Virus record (IMG/VR): IMGVR_UViG_3300042351_000704
Span: 32,001-96,000 of that record
Origin: a virus
DNA length: 64,000 nt
Direction: 5' to 3' (one strand)
Positions 57,156 through 64,000 of the stretch are shown here, piece by piece (position 1 is the first letter of the stretch; every line of letters begins with the position of its first letter). The position numbers and the translations under genes are program-made. The notes below the pieces were generated by a model, which saw only the letters and a program-made list of their open reading frames with translations, had not been told where the DNA came from and searched no databases.

Positions 57156-57422
57156 TTATGGATTTAGCGGGTTAGTACCATCTTCATTGAGTGGCAGTTC
57201 TTCTATGTCATCGTACCAGATCTGGAGAGAGCCCAGTTCTTGTTCACATAGCTCTGCATCAAAAGTCTCTATAATAACACCAAGACCATCATCGGTCTGC
57301 TTGATTTCTACATCAAGTTTACCAACTCTGACCCACAGTGTACCGGTGTCGGGTTTTAGTGATAGAGTAAAGTCTGGACCACCTTCGTTATACTCTGTTA
57401 TTTTAAAGGGTAAGTACTCCAT
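57156..57422 (-). CDS. Hypothetical acidic protein (start MEYLPF)
   Basis: ORF track gives 57156-57527. The internal ATG at 57422 reduces the overlap with the HNH gene to 20 nt. Confidence 0.55.
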   Translation of the reverse strand: MEYLPFKITEYNEGGPDFTLSLKPDTGTLWVRVGKLDVEIKQTDDGLGVIIETFDAELCEQELGSLQIWYDDIEELPLNEDGTNPLNP

Positions 57423-57807
57423 TTTTTTCTGCTTTTGTTTTCTTGTCATGGCAGGTGCAGCATAACACCTGCAGGTTGTCTTGCTCACAGAAAAGTCGTT
57501 CAATAAAACCGGGTAAATCATTTGCACAGTTCAGAGAACCGGCTGGTATGATGTGGTCTACGTTGATCTTCTTTTCCGGGAAATATGCTTTACATTCAGC
57601 ACAGAGATACTCGTACTGTTGTCTCTTATTAGGACCTTTATATTTTCTGCGTGCGGCCATCTTTGCCTGCGTGATAGGTTTCCACCAGCGGGACTTCTGG
57701 CGCAGTGCAGACCGGATAAAACTCCAGAAAGCAGACTCGGTCATAGTGCCTGCGTTACGGGTTTTGGCAACTCTGGGTTTCTTGGGAGCGGTAGTTTTCC
57801 TAGGCAT
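57403..57807 (-). CDS. HNH endonuclease
   Basis: CAEC...VDHIIP...NLQVLC..CH..KT. Confidence 0.85.
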   Translation of the reverse strand: MPRKTTAPKKPRVAKTRNAGTMTESAFWSFIRSALRQKSRWWKPITQAKMAARRKYKGPNKRQQYEYLCAECKAYFPEKKINVDHIIPAGSLNCANDLPGFIERLFCEQDNLQVLCCTCHDKKTKAEKNGVLTL

Positions 57808-57809
57808 AT

Positions 57810-57844
57810 TGTAGATTAAGGTCTACAAATATACTGTAGAACTT
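57810..57844 (-). promoter_or_regulatory. Bacteroidota -7 box TATATTTG flanked by three TGTAGA/TCTACA boxes
   Basis: TGTAGA 57810-57815, TCTACA 57822-57827, TGTAGAACTT 57835-57844, CAAATATA 57826-57833. Confidence 0.6.
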
Positions 57845-58829
57845 ATGAGTTCTCTAACTTTTTATTCAACAAGGGTACCAGGCGCAGGAATACCTGCTTG
57901 GCACCAAAGTCTTTAATAGAGTCAGATGGATCTTTACTCATAGGTAATACACAGGTTTCTACATCGGGATAGGTTTCCCTGTACTTTTCCATGGCTTTGA
58001 TACCGGGCTCATCGTAGTCAAACAGGATCACCACCTTTTGATAGTCTTTGATGTACTGCTGCATGAGCTCTTTACGAATGACAGAGTTTTCTGAGTCCGG
58101 GGCTATAACATCCATAGAAAGCTTTAGGCTTTTTAGTGCCATGATGTCTTTTAGGGATGATGTGATAACCAGGAACTTATGACCTTTAAGCTGTTCAGAA
58201 CCTTGTACATAGTCGCTGATCTTCAGGAACTTTTTGTCTACGGTCTTGGGCTGATAGATCTTATAGAGCGTCCCATCCTTTTTAAAATAGCCATATAGGT
58301 AGTTACCGGTGATGGTCAGTGAATTGACTTTACCATCCACGTCCTTTTCGAGGGTGTAATTCTCTAATGGACGGACATTGTACTCGTCCAGTAAACGAGA
58401 CCCGATGTTAAACTGGGTCCAGAAGTACTGATCTTTAGTATTCCAGGATCGGAACACGTACTGTGATATCTTATACTTGCTAGCTTGTTTGAATTCCTGC
58501 ACATCATACCCGCCATTGTTATGTAGTACATAGTCGTTATACTTTTCTATAACCGTATTACAAGTTTTGTGATACGGCATTTGAGTAATCTCTTTGACCA
58601 GGTCAATGGCAGAGCCCTGTTTACCAGACGAGAAGTCTTTATACTTATAAGTATTCTTGCTTGCGTCATAGTAGATGCACATAGATGGGGTACGTTCCTT
58701 TGCGTTGAACATACTCTTGATCTTGACATCCTGACCGCTCAGCTTTTCTTTAAGTTTACAATAGTGTTCAAAGATCCAGGAGACAGGAACATCCTTGACA
58801 TCGTGCACCAGATTTTTAGTTGTAAACAT
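57843..58829 (-). CDS. DnaG-type primase (TOPRIM) with degenerate zinc-binding domain
   Basis: ERTPSM..Y, YKDF..G..G, ITSSLKD, LFDYDEPG, KDPSD. Confidence 0.8.
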   Translation of the reverse strand: MFTTKNLVHDVKDVPVSWIFEHYCKLKEKLSGQDVKIKSMFNAKERTPSMCIYYDASKNTYKYKDFSSGKQGSAIDLVKEITQMPYHKTCNTVIEKYNDYVLHNNGGYDVQEFKQASKYKISQYVFRSWNTKDQYFWTQFNIGSRLLDEYNVRPLENYTLEKDVDGKVNSLTITGNYLYGYFKKDGTLYKIYQPKTVDKKFLKISDYVQGSEQLKGHKFLVITSSLKDIMALKSLKLSMDVIAPDSENSVIRKELMQQYIKDYQKVVILFDYDEPGIKAMEKYRETYPDVETCVLPMSKDPSDSIKDFGAKQVFLRLVPLLNKKLENS

Positions 58830-58849
58830 GATCTACGGGTTAAGTGTGT

Positions 58850-58880
58850 AAAAAAATGGGGGAGAGTAGAAACCCTCCCC
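58850..58880 (-). terminator. Rho-independent terminator downstream of SSB
   Basis: Minus strand reads GGGGAGGGT-TTCT-ACTCTCCCC-CA-T7. Confidence 0.75.
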
Positions 58881-58921
58881 GCTATTCTCATTTTTTACAG
58901 ATCTACTTGTAAAAGAGTTTC

Positions 58922-59536
58922 TTACATGTCAAAGTCATTGTTGACAGGCTCAAAGCTTCCCACCGGCTTTGCAGATGCAAGCGGCTTAAAGTGGTAAGGA
59001 TTGTTTTTGTCAAACTTTTCAAGCTTGGCTTCATCAACAGAGCAGAACTTGTACTTCGGTAGCGCCAGCTTTAAGATGGTCTTACCGTTGTATTCTTCTT
59101 CCTTACCGTTTAAGAACCAGTAAGCATCGTGACCTTTTAACAGGTTCACTGCCTGAGCAACCCAGTCTTCCAGTGAAGAAGCCTGTATGTTGTCTACAGC
59201 GTCACGAAGACCGATCTCTTGTGCGATCACCAGGATCTTGTACATGATCTCGTTCTTAGTAGCATTGGTTTCTGCGTGCTGATCTGTCCAGATCGTTGCA
59301 GTTACACGGGCGGACAAGCCTTTGAACTTTGGACCATCCTGGTCATTTTTGTCTATACTCCATCCTTCAAAATCAGGAATAGCCGGGCCTTCTAATACAA
59401 GCTCCAAACTCTTCTTGTCTCCATTCTTGGATGTTCTTACTTGCCCGCTGAAGATGTGGGCATACACTACACCTGGTTGGAATGATTTTTGATTTCCACC
59501 ACCAGTTTTTACTTCTTGTCCTTTTGTACTGAACAT
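58922..59536 (-). CDS. Putative single-stranded DNA-binding protein
   Basis: Between the AAA ATPase and primase. Beta-rich, with acidic/aromatic tail NNDFDM. Confidence 0.55.
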   Translation of the reverse strand: MFSTKGQEVKTGGGNQKSFQPGVVYAHIFSGQVRTSKNGDKKSLELVLEGPAIPDFEGWSIDKNDQDGPKFKGLSARVTATIWTDQHAETNATKNEIMYKILVIAQEIGLRDAVDNIQASSLEDWVAQAVNLLKGHDAYWFLNGKEEEYNGKTILKLALPKYKFCSVDEAKLEKFDKNNPYHFKPLASAKPVGSFEPVNNDFDM

Positions 59537-59568
59537 AGGTTGTTATTTAAAAATTAATATGTGAGGGG

Positions 59569-60252
59569 TTAGTTTTCGTAAGCAAGGATTGATTGTCTTA
59601 CCAGCTCCAGATCGTTGACAATCTCGAAGTCAGGGAACATATCCTTGGGTGCCTTGCAGGTGTTTTCACCATTGTTGCGGGTTTCAAAAACGTGGCGGAT
59701 GTTACCGTCCTTGTCTTTTTTCACTTTGCCAAATAATACCACGGAGAACAAGCCTTCTAGTGTGAGCTTTTCGTCCACCATTTTACCGATGGTTTTAGCT
59801 TTGAACTTGCGCTTGCCTTCCATGTCAGTGGATTCTTCTGCATGGGTTAAAAAGAATACCATCAGATCATCTCTGAGGTCTTTAGGCATACGAGCGATGC
59901 GGGCCAGATGGGCACCGATCTGCGTAAACTTCTCATAGCCTTTCTCGTCTACACGGTCAAAGAACTCAAAAGAGCTCATATACTGAAAGTCATCAATAAT
60001 GAGGTTCTTGATCTCTTTGCGTTTTTCATTTACATACTTAATGCATGCCTCTATATTCTGAGGAGAGTTTCCATAGTACATATTACCCTGGGGATTGTCT
60101 TTACCCCAGATTGTATACTTCTTCTTCCATCCCTTGAAGGGGAGGGCTTTATTAGCTACATTGATAATGAATGTTTCTGCCGGATTCAGGTTTTCAATTG
60201 CTGTGGATTTACCTGCACCGGATTCTGCGATCACGAGGATTCCGTTTGCCAT
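59569..60252 (-). CDS. AAA_24 / Sak4-like ATPase
   Basis: Walker A AESGAGKST, Walker B IIDD, KTIGKMVD. Confidence 0.8.
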   Translation of the reverse strand: MANGILVIAESGAGKSTAIENLNPAETFIINVANKALPFKGWKKKYTIWGKDNPQGNMYYGNSPQNIEACIKYVNEKRKEIKNLIIDDFQYMSSFEFFDRVDEKGYEKFTQIGAHLARIARMPKDLRDDLMVFFLTHAEESTDMEGKRKFKAKTIGKMVDEKLTLEGLFSVVLFGKVKKDKDGNIRHVFETRNNGENTCKAPKDMFPDFEIVNDLELVRQSILAYEN

Positions 60253-60254
60253 AG

Positions 60255-60887
60255 TTAAAATGGAGGTTTATTGTTCTGGGTAACGAGTCTGTTAACCCAG
60301 TCTTTTGAACTGACAGGCTGCCTGGTCTGAATCGCGATGTAGTCTCTAAGGGTCATTTCTGAATAGGGTACATCAGGCTCAGCTACCGGGGCCTGTGGTT
60401 TAGAAGTAAAGAGCTGCTGAGGTTTTGGTTCAACCGGTGCTGTATTCTTAGAAAAGAATCGGTCGTTGCTGAGAACGGCTGAGTCTTTAGAGATAGCTAC
60501 CGATTGCGCGTTAACAAGCCTGAGCTCGTCTACGGGAACTAGATAGGATGTTCCTTTCTCGTTCATCTCATACTCTTCTTCAAAGTTGTCGTTACGGGCA
60601 ATCCGATACACTTTGCGGTCGTTTTCCATTGGATCTAAATCCCTGGTGACCAGTTCAAAGAAAAATCCTTTGTCCTTCTTGAACTCTGAAGCAAACACTC
60701 CTACGACATAGCGTCCATGACGGTCGTAGAAAGCCATCTTCATGTTGAAGTCCAACGGTGAAATACCCAGGTCACCGATCAGCGGCATATGGTATGCACG
60801 GATCTGATCAAGCTTCTGTTTCTTCCATTCTTTGGGGTTGCCGTACCTGTCTACTTCGGGTTGTTGTAGTACGTTTTCGTTTGACAT
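60255..60887 (-). CDS. Hypothetical protein (start MSNENV)
   Basis: ORF track gives 60255-60992. The ATG at 60887 avoids overlap with the helicase. Confidence 0.65.
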   Translation of the reverse strand: MSNENVLQQPEVDRYGNPKEWKKQKLDQIRAYHMPLIGDLGISPLDFNMKMAFYDRHGRYVVGVFASEFKKDKGFFFELVTRDLDPMENDRKVYRIARNDNFEEEYEMNEKGTSYLVPVDELRLVNAQSVAISKDSAVLSNDRFFSKNTAPVEPKPQQLFTSKPQAPVAEPDVPYSEMTLRDYIAIQTRQPVSSKDWVNRLVTQNNKPPF

Positions 60888-60900
60888 TGTACGTTGATTT

Positions 60901-61974
60901 TTAAAGTTCTTCTCCAACATCAGCCGATATAGGTCTGCGTCCTCCGTTACCGGAAGGATTACCAGATGCACGGCTTTGATTAAATGGCACATAGTTGGAG
61001 CCTCCTTGTGCCATCTGTGGTTCTACGGTCTCAATCATGCGCTGCCTGTTAAACTCCGCATCAAAGAACAGGACGTTGTCGTCACTGCCTCCGTTACGGG
61101 CTTTTAAGATGTGCAGGAAGATCTGGTTCTTGTGCGTGATCCATTTCTTGGGACCGTAAAGATTGATGTTAGCTCTGAAGGGACGGTTAACAGCGACCAC
61201 CATGTCTGAAGATTGCATCAGGGCGTCACCGCCAAAGATGTCACCGGACGTGGGATAGTTTGCCACCTGACCCGGATGGGTGCGGGAAGCTTCTTCCATA
61301 GTGCGGTTCATCTGTGTAATCATCAGTACGATGATAGGTAGTTCGTTCTTAAGCTGCATCAGCATTTCCGCTGTGTTGTATAAGACATCAAACTTGTCCT
61401 TGTCACCGGTTCCTTTCTTGATCAGCCAGCTGTGATCAATCGTTACCACCATGGGTTTTGCTCCCATAGCTTCGTAGTAATACCGGATGGCCTTTTCTAT
61501 TTCCGGTACAGGGATAGGCTTCTTAATAAGCTTACGCTGCACACCGGTCTTTTCCAGGGCCACTGTATCTGCCAGATGTTTTTGCATTTGTCCGTATACA
61601 AAATCATCCAGTTGTTTATAAGAGCTGAGGACATGGTTGTAATCCATGGCCACTTCAGCTGCAAACTGACGCGCTGCATACTGTTTGTCACCCATCTCAA
61701 ACTGGAACTCCAGGATAGAAAAATCCTGGTCAGGATTGTGAAGGCGTGACTCCCTCAGTATCTGGGAGACTATCATGGTCTTACCGGAACCAGGTCTAGC
61801 TCCAATAGTGAGCATCGATCCCCATTCCAGTCCACCTATACCGGCATAATTCAGCCCGGTCCAGGGAGTCTTGAAAGACTTTACCCGGCCTGTTCTGCGG
61901 TCGTCTATATAACGGAGACCTTCTGCAAGGACCTCCGACATGTTTTTTGCCCCATAGGGCATAGTTGTACTCAT
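60901..61974 (-). CDS. dnaB: DnaB-family replicative helicase (C-terminal ATPase domain only)
   Basis: GARPGSGKT, FEM, IDH, QMNR, ALMQSSD, KARNG. Confidence 0.88.
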   Translation of the reverse strand: MSTTMPYGAKNMSEVLAEGLRYIDDRRTGRVKSFKTPWTGLNYAGIGGLEWGSMLTIGARPGSGKTMIVSQILRESRLHNPDQDFSILEFQFEMGDKQYAARQFAAEVAMDYNHVLSSYKQLDDFVYGQMQKHLADTVALEKTGVQRKLIKKPIPVPEIEKAIRYYYEAMGAKPMVVTIDHSWLIKKGTGDKDKFDVLYNTAEMLMQLKNELPIIVLMITQMNRTMEEASRTHPGQVANYPTSGDIFGGDALMQSSDMVVAVNRPFRANINLYGPKKWITHKNQIFLHILKARNGGSDDNVLFFDAEFNRQRMIETVEPQMAQGGSNYVPFNQSRASGNPSGNGGRRPISADVGEEL

Positions 61975-62177
61975 AGCTCTCGGTTAAAAACCTTCTCTAT
62001 AATAGTCTCTGCCGAGGCGATGCTTTCCTGGCAGCCCATATAGTAGGCCTTGTTCATCATTTGTTCTATCGCTTGTGAAAAACCGTTCAGCTTTATGATC
62101 CGTAGATCATCGCTGCCGGGTAGAGCTACGGTCACCTGTTCAAACAAATCTTTAACGTCCTGTTCGTGAAGGGTCAT
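61971..62177 (-). CDS. Hypothetical protein (68 aa)
   Basis: ATGA-coupled to the helicase. Confidence 0.6.
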   Translation of the reverse strand: MTLHEQDVKDLFEQVTVALPGSDDLRIIKLNGFSQAIEQMMNKAYYMGCQESIASAETIIEKVFNREL

Positions 62178-62358
62178 CTAGTCTCAATTTTTGGATTGTA
62201 AATATAGAGAACTTCATGCATAAAACAACAGTAAGTTCTATAAAAATATATCTTACAGCTGATACCTCTACAATTAAGTTATCTATAATAACCCAGGTTA
62301 CCAAAGAAAATAGCAGGCTGATGATTAGCCGGTGTATACCTTTTTCTGTACGTGACAT
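62152..62358 (-). CDS. Small membrane protein (two hydrophobic segments)
   Basis: LIISLLFSLVTWVII and YIFIELTVVLCMKF. Confidence 0.55.
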   Translation of the reverse strand: MSRTEKGIHRLIISLLFSLVTWVIIDNLIVEVSAVRYIFIELTVVLCMKFSIFTIQKLRLDDPSRTGR

Positions 62359-62361
62359 TCA

Positions 62362-62955
62362 TTACGGGTTAAAAGGTTGTTCTTTAAAGACGATATCTGG
62401 ATCGTCCTGAAGCAGCTGACAGTAATCTGCCAGGGTAGACTTTACAGTCTTGGTTTTAGGGTCGGTCTTTTGTATAAAGTAAGAGCTGGTGGCCATAAAC
62501 TTAAGGTTATCCTTAAGCTTGATAAACTTGTAATAGTTAGTGGCTTCATGGATCAGGGGCCAGTCAAAGTTTGGATAGGCTTTAAAGAACCAGATAAACT
62601 TGATCTTGAGCTCCTCGATGTTCTGGCGCGCCACTTCACCTGTAGGCAGTAACCCTGTAGGGAAGATGTCACGGTAAGTCTTTATCTGTTGTAAGAAATC
62701 ATCACCGAGTACATCAGTAGTCACTTTCTTCTTAGTCTTAACCAGGAAGGTTTCAAAATCATCCAGTACTGTGAGTGCCTGCTCGGTAACAATACCTTCC
62801 GGACTCAACAGTCCCAGGGATTTAGCCAGTGCTCGCTCTGCATCTATGTCTATAATGGGGGAAGGAGCTATACGGTTCCTGGTGCAATCAAGAAAGTAAA
62901 GCATGTTGGGACTCATCTGGTACTTGATAAGCGACTTCCAAAGCTGGTGACTCAT
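62362..62955 (-). CDS. Hypothetical replication-block protein (possible initiator or helicase-loader partner)
   Basis: 197-aa ORF between the DnaA-IV protein and DnaB. Function inferred from position only. Confidence 0.6.
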   Translation of the reverse strand: MSHQLWKSLIKYQMSPNMLYFLDCTRNRIAPSPIIDIDAERALAKSLGLLSPEGIVTEQALTVLDDFETFLVKTKKKVTTDVLGDDFLQQIKTYRDIFPTGLLPTGEVARQNIEELKIKFIWFFKAYPNFDWPLIHEATNYYKFIKLKDNLKFMATSSYFIQKTDPKTKTVKSTLADYCQLLQDDPDIVFKEQPFNP

Positions 62956-63385
62956 GGTTTTGTTTTATATAGGTGAGGATACTGTAATACTTCTCGCGGA
63001 AGCTGTCTGATGTTTCCATCAGGATACCAAACATGTGGATGTTGTGCACGATTGTGGTGTGATCCCGGCCACCTAAGAATTCACCTACTCTTTCACAAGT
63101 GTACTTCATGGTGCGGGCAATGTACACGAACATCATACGCAGTTCTACCAAATCCCTTTTCCGTGACTTGCTGCCCAAAGGGACTTTTTTGCCAAACCGG
63201 ACGGGTAAAAAGGAGTCAAAGTATGACTCTAAAGTCTCAAGACTCATCAGTGGAATTCCATACTCATCCACCGTAATCTTGGTTAACACAATGGGGTCAT
63301 AGCCCATTTTTAGCCTGAACTTGTTCTTAAACTCAACGATGAGCTTCTTTTCCAAGGTCGAGGCATAGATTGCGGATTCTATCAT
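62888..63385 (-). CDS. Stand-alone DnaA domain IV (Bac_DnaA_C) helix-turn-helix protein
   Basis: SKSRKRDLVELRMMFVYIAR...VGEFLGGRDHTTIVH matches the DnaA pattern R....RQ.AMYL...IG..FGGRDHTTV.H. No AAA+ domain. Confidence 0.85.
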   Translation of the reverse strand: MIESAIYASTLEKKLIVEFKNKFRLKMGYDPIVLTKITVDEYGIPLMSLETLESYFDSFLPVRFGKKVPLGSKSRKRDLVELRMMFVYIARTMKYTCERVGEFLGGRDHTTIVHNIHMFGILMETSDSFREKYYSILTYIKQNHESPALEVAYQVPDESQHALLS

Positions 63386-63408
63386 ATACCTGAGATTATT
63401 TACTTGTG

Positions 63409-63472
63409 CAAATGTATTGAAAGTTCTACAAAAAGTAGTATATTATATTGTAGAGTGTTTAGAAGTTCTACA
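63409..63472. promoter_or_regulatory. Divergent promoter region: leftward TACATTTG (-7 box), rightward late-type 19-mer, two AAGTTCTACA boxes
   Basis: CAAATGTA 63409-63416, AAGTTCTACA 63421-63430 and 63463-63472, TAGTATATTATATTGTAGA 63436-63454. Confidence 0.65.
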
Positions 63473-63507
63473 GTATTTTTTCTTTATATATCCTAACCTT
63501 ACTTGCC

Positions 63508-64000
63508 ATGGCAAAAAAGTTTTACGCCCAGACAGACGCCCTAGGTTTCCCTATTCCGGGTACCATGATGTCACATATAGAAGTTCCTGTAGTTGATAAC
63601 ATATTGGAAATCACTACAAATATGCATCTTCCAGCTCATCCTGGGGGTCTTAGATACTACATACGCCTGGACGAGAAAGGGGCTATTTTACCTAATAGCC
63701 TGTTTATTCACTTTGATGTGATTGATCAGTCAGATGTAGTTAGCCTGCAACAACCAAATGTAGTAATCTACACAGTTGGCCAGTCAGCATTGGGTGGTGT
63801 AATAGCCTACATTTTACAGCCAGGTGATGCTGGATATGATCCTAATGTACAGCACGGTTTGGTAACTACCAGTGGGAATGTGGATACCGGAGCTATATGG
63901 GGTTGTGTTGGAACTGCTATTCCTGGCGCTGCTGGTACAGCTATAGGAACTGGTTACCAAAATACACTGGACATAGTAGCTGGATGTAATTTTCCTTTTA
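63508..64000 (+). CDS. Structural-type protein with the start of a DUF1566/C-type-lectin-like domain; 3'-truncated, not in the ORF track
   Basis: Open frame MAKKFYAQTDALGFPIPGTM...YTVGQSALGGVIAYILQPGDAGYDPNVQHGL...WG...TAIGTGYQNTLDIVAGC to the end of the window. Confidence 0.7.
   Translation, partial: MAKKFYAQTDALGFPIPGTMMSHIEVPVVDNILEITTNMHLPAHPGGLRYYIRLDEKGAILPNSLFIHFDVIDQSDVVSLQQPNVVIYTVGQSALGGVIAYILQPGDAGYDPNVQHGLVTTSGNVDTGAIWGCVGTAIPGAAGTAIGTGYQNTLDIVAGCNFPF

Noticed and set aside
57403-57807. Mobile homing endonuclease element
   Set aside because: Short HNH with no intron context or separate DNA-binding domain. More likely a resident replication or recombination nuclease.
62152-62358. 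Holin
   Set aside because: It has two hydrophobic segments, but it sits in the replication operon with no adjacent endolysin.
62888-63385. Bacterial chromosomal dnaA, implying host DNA or a prophage boundary
   Set aside because: Only domain IV is present, with no AAA+ domain, no dnaN neighbour and phage genes on both sides.
1-64000. Stop-codon reassignment (TAG/TGA), known in some crAss-like phages
   Set aside because: Genes up to 9.3 kb are open in the standard code and tile the window densely. No fragmentation is seen.
1-64000. CRISPR array, tRNA or rRNA genes
   Set aside because: No regularly spaced direct repeats or cloverleaf-like sequence seen. Intergenic gaps are short and explained by promoters and terminators. 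A covariance-model scan was not run.

Overview
A 64-kb piece of a crAss-like (Crassvirales-type) podophage genome in the standard genetic code. The host is probably a Bacteroidota bacterium, judging from TAnnTTTG promoter boxes. Positions 1-46081 (+ strand) hold the end of a tail-fibre gene, a block of Cys-rich/FN3 fibre or decoration genes, a metallophosphoesterase, IHF-like, tail-ring and tail-stabilisation (muzzle) genes, and seven cargo/ejection genes. These include a 3112-aa virion RNA polymerase with the DFDID motif. Positions 46082-63385 (- strand) hold small accessory genes, a spore-photoproduct-lyase-like radical SAM enzyme, dNMP kinase, family B DNA polymerase, PD-(D/E)XK and HNH nucleases, primase, SSB, AAA ATPase, DnaB helicase and a stand-alone DnaA domain IV protein. 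A new + strand gene starts at 63508 and runs off the window. Most notable: (1) the three giant ejection proteins (6503 aa in total) have only four cysteines by manual reading, all at the two gene-to-gene junctions, suggesting a head-to-tail disulfide-linked ejection chain; (2) a 1754-aa cargo protein built of modules separated by about 20 xxxGG motifs; (3) a NADAR domain, and possibly a degenerate macro-like domain, inside injected proteins; (4) a phage SplB-like lyase; (5) a TGTAGAACTT box at promoters across the window that may be read by the DnaA-IV protein. All family assignments come from motif recognition by eye, not from database searches.
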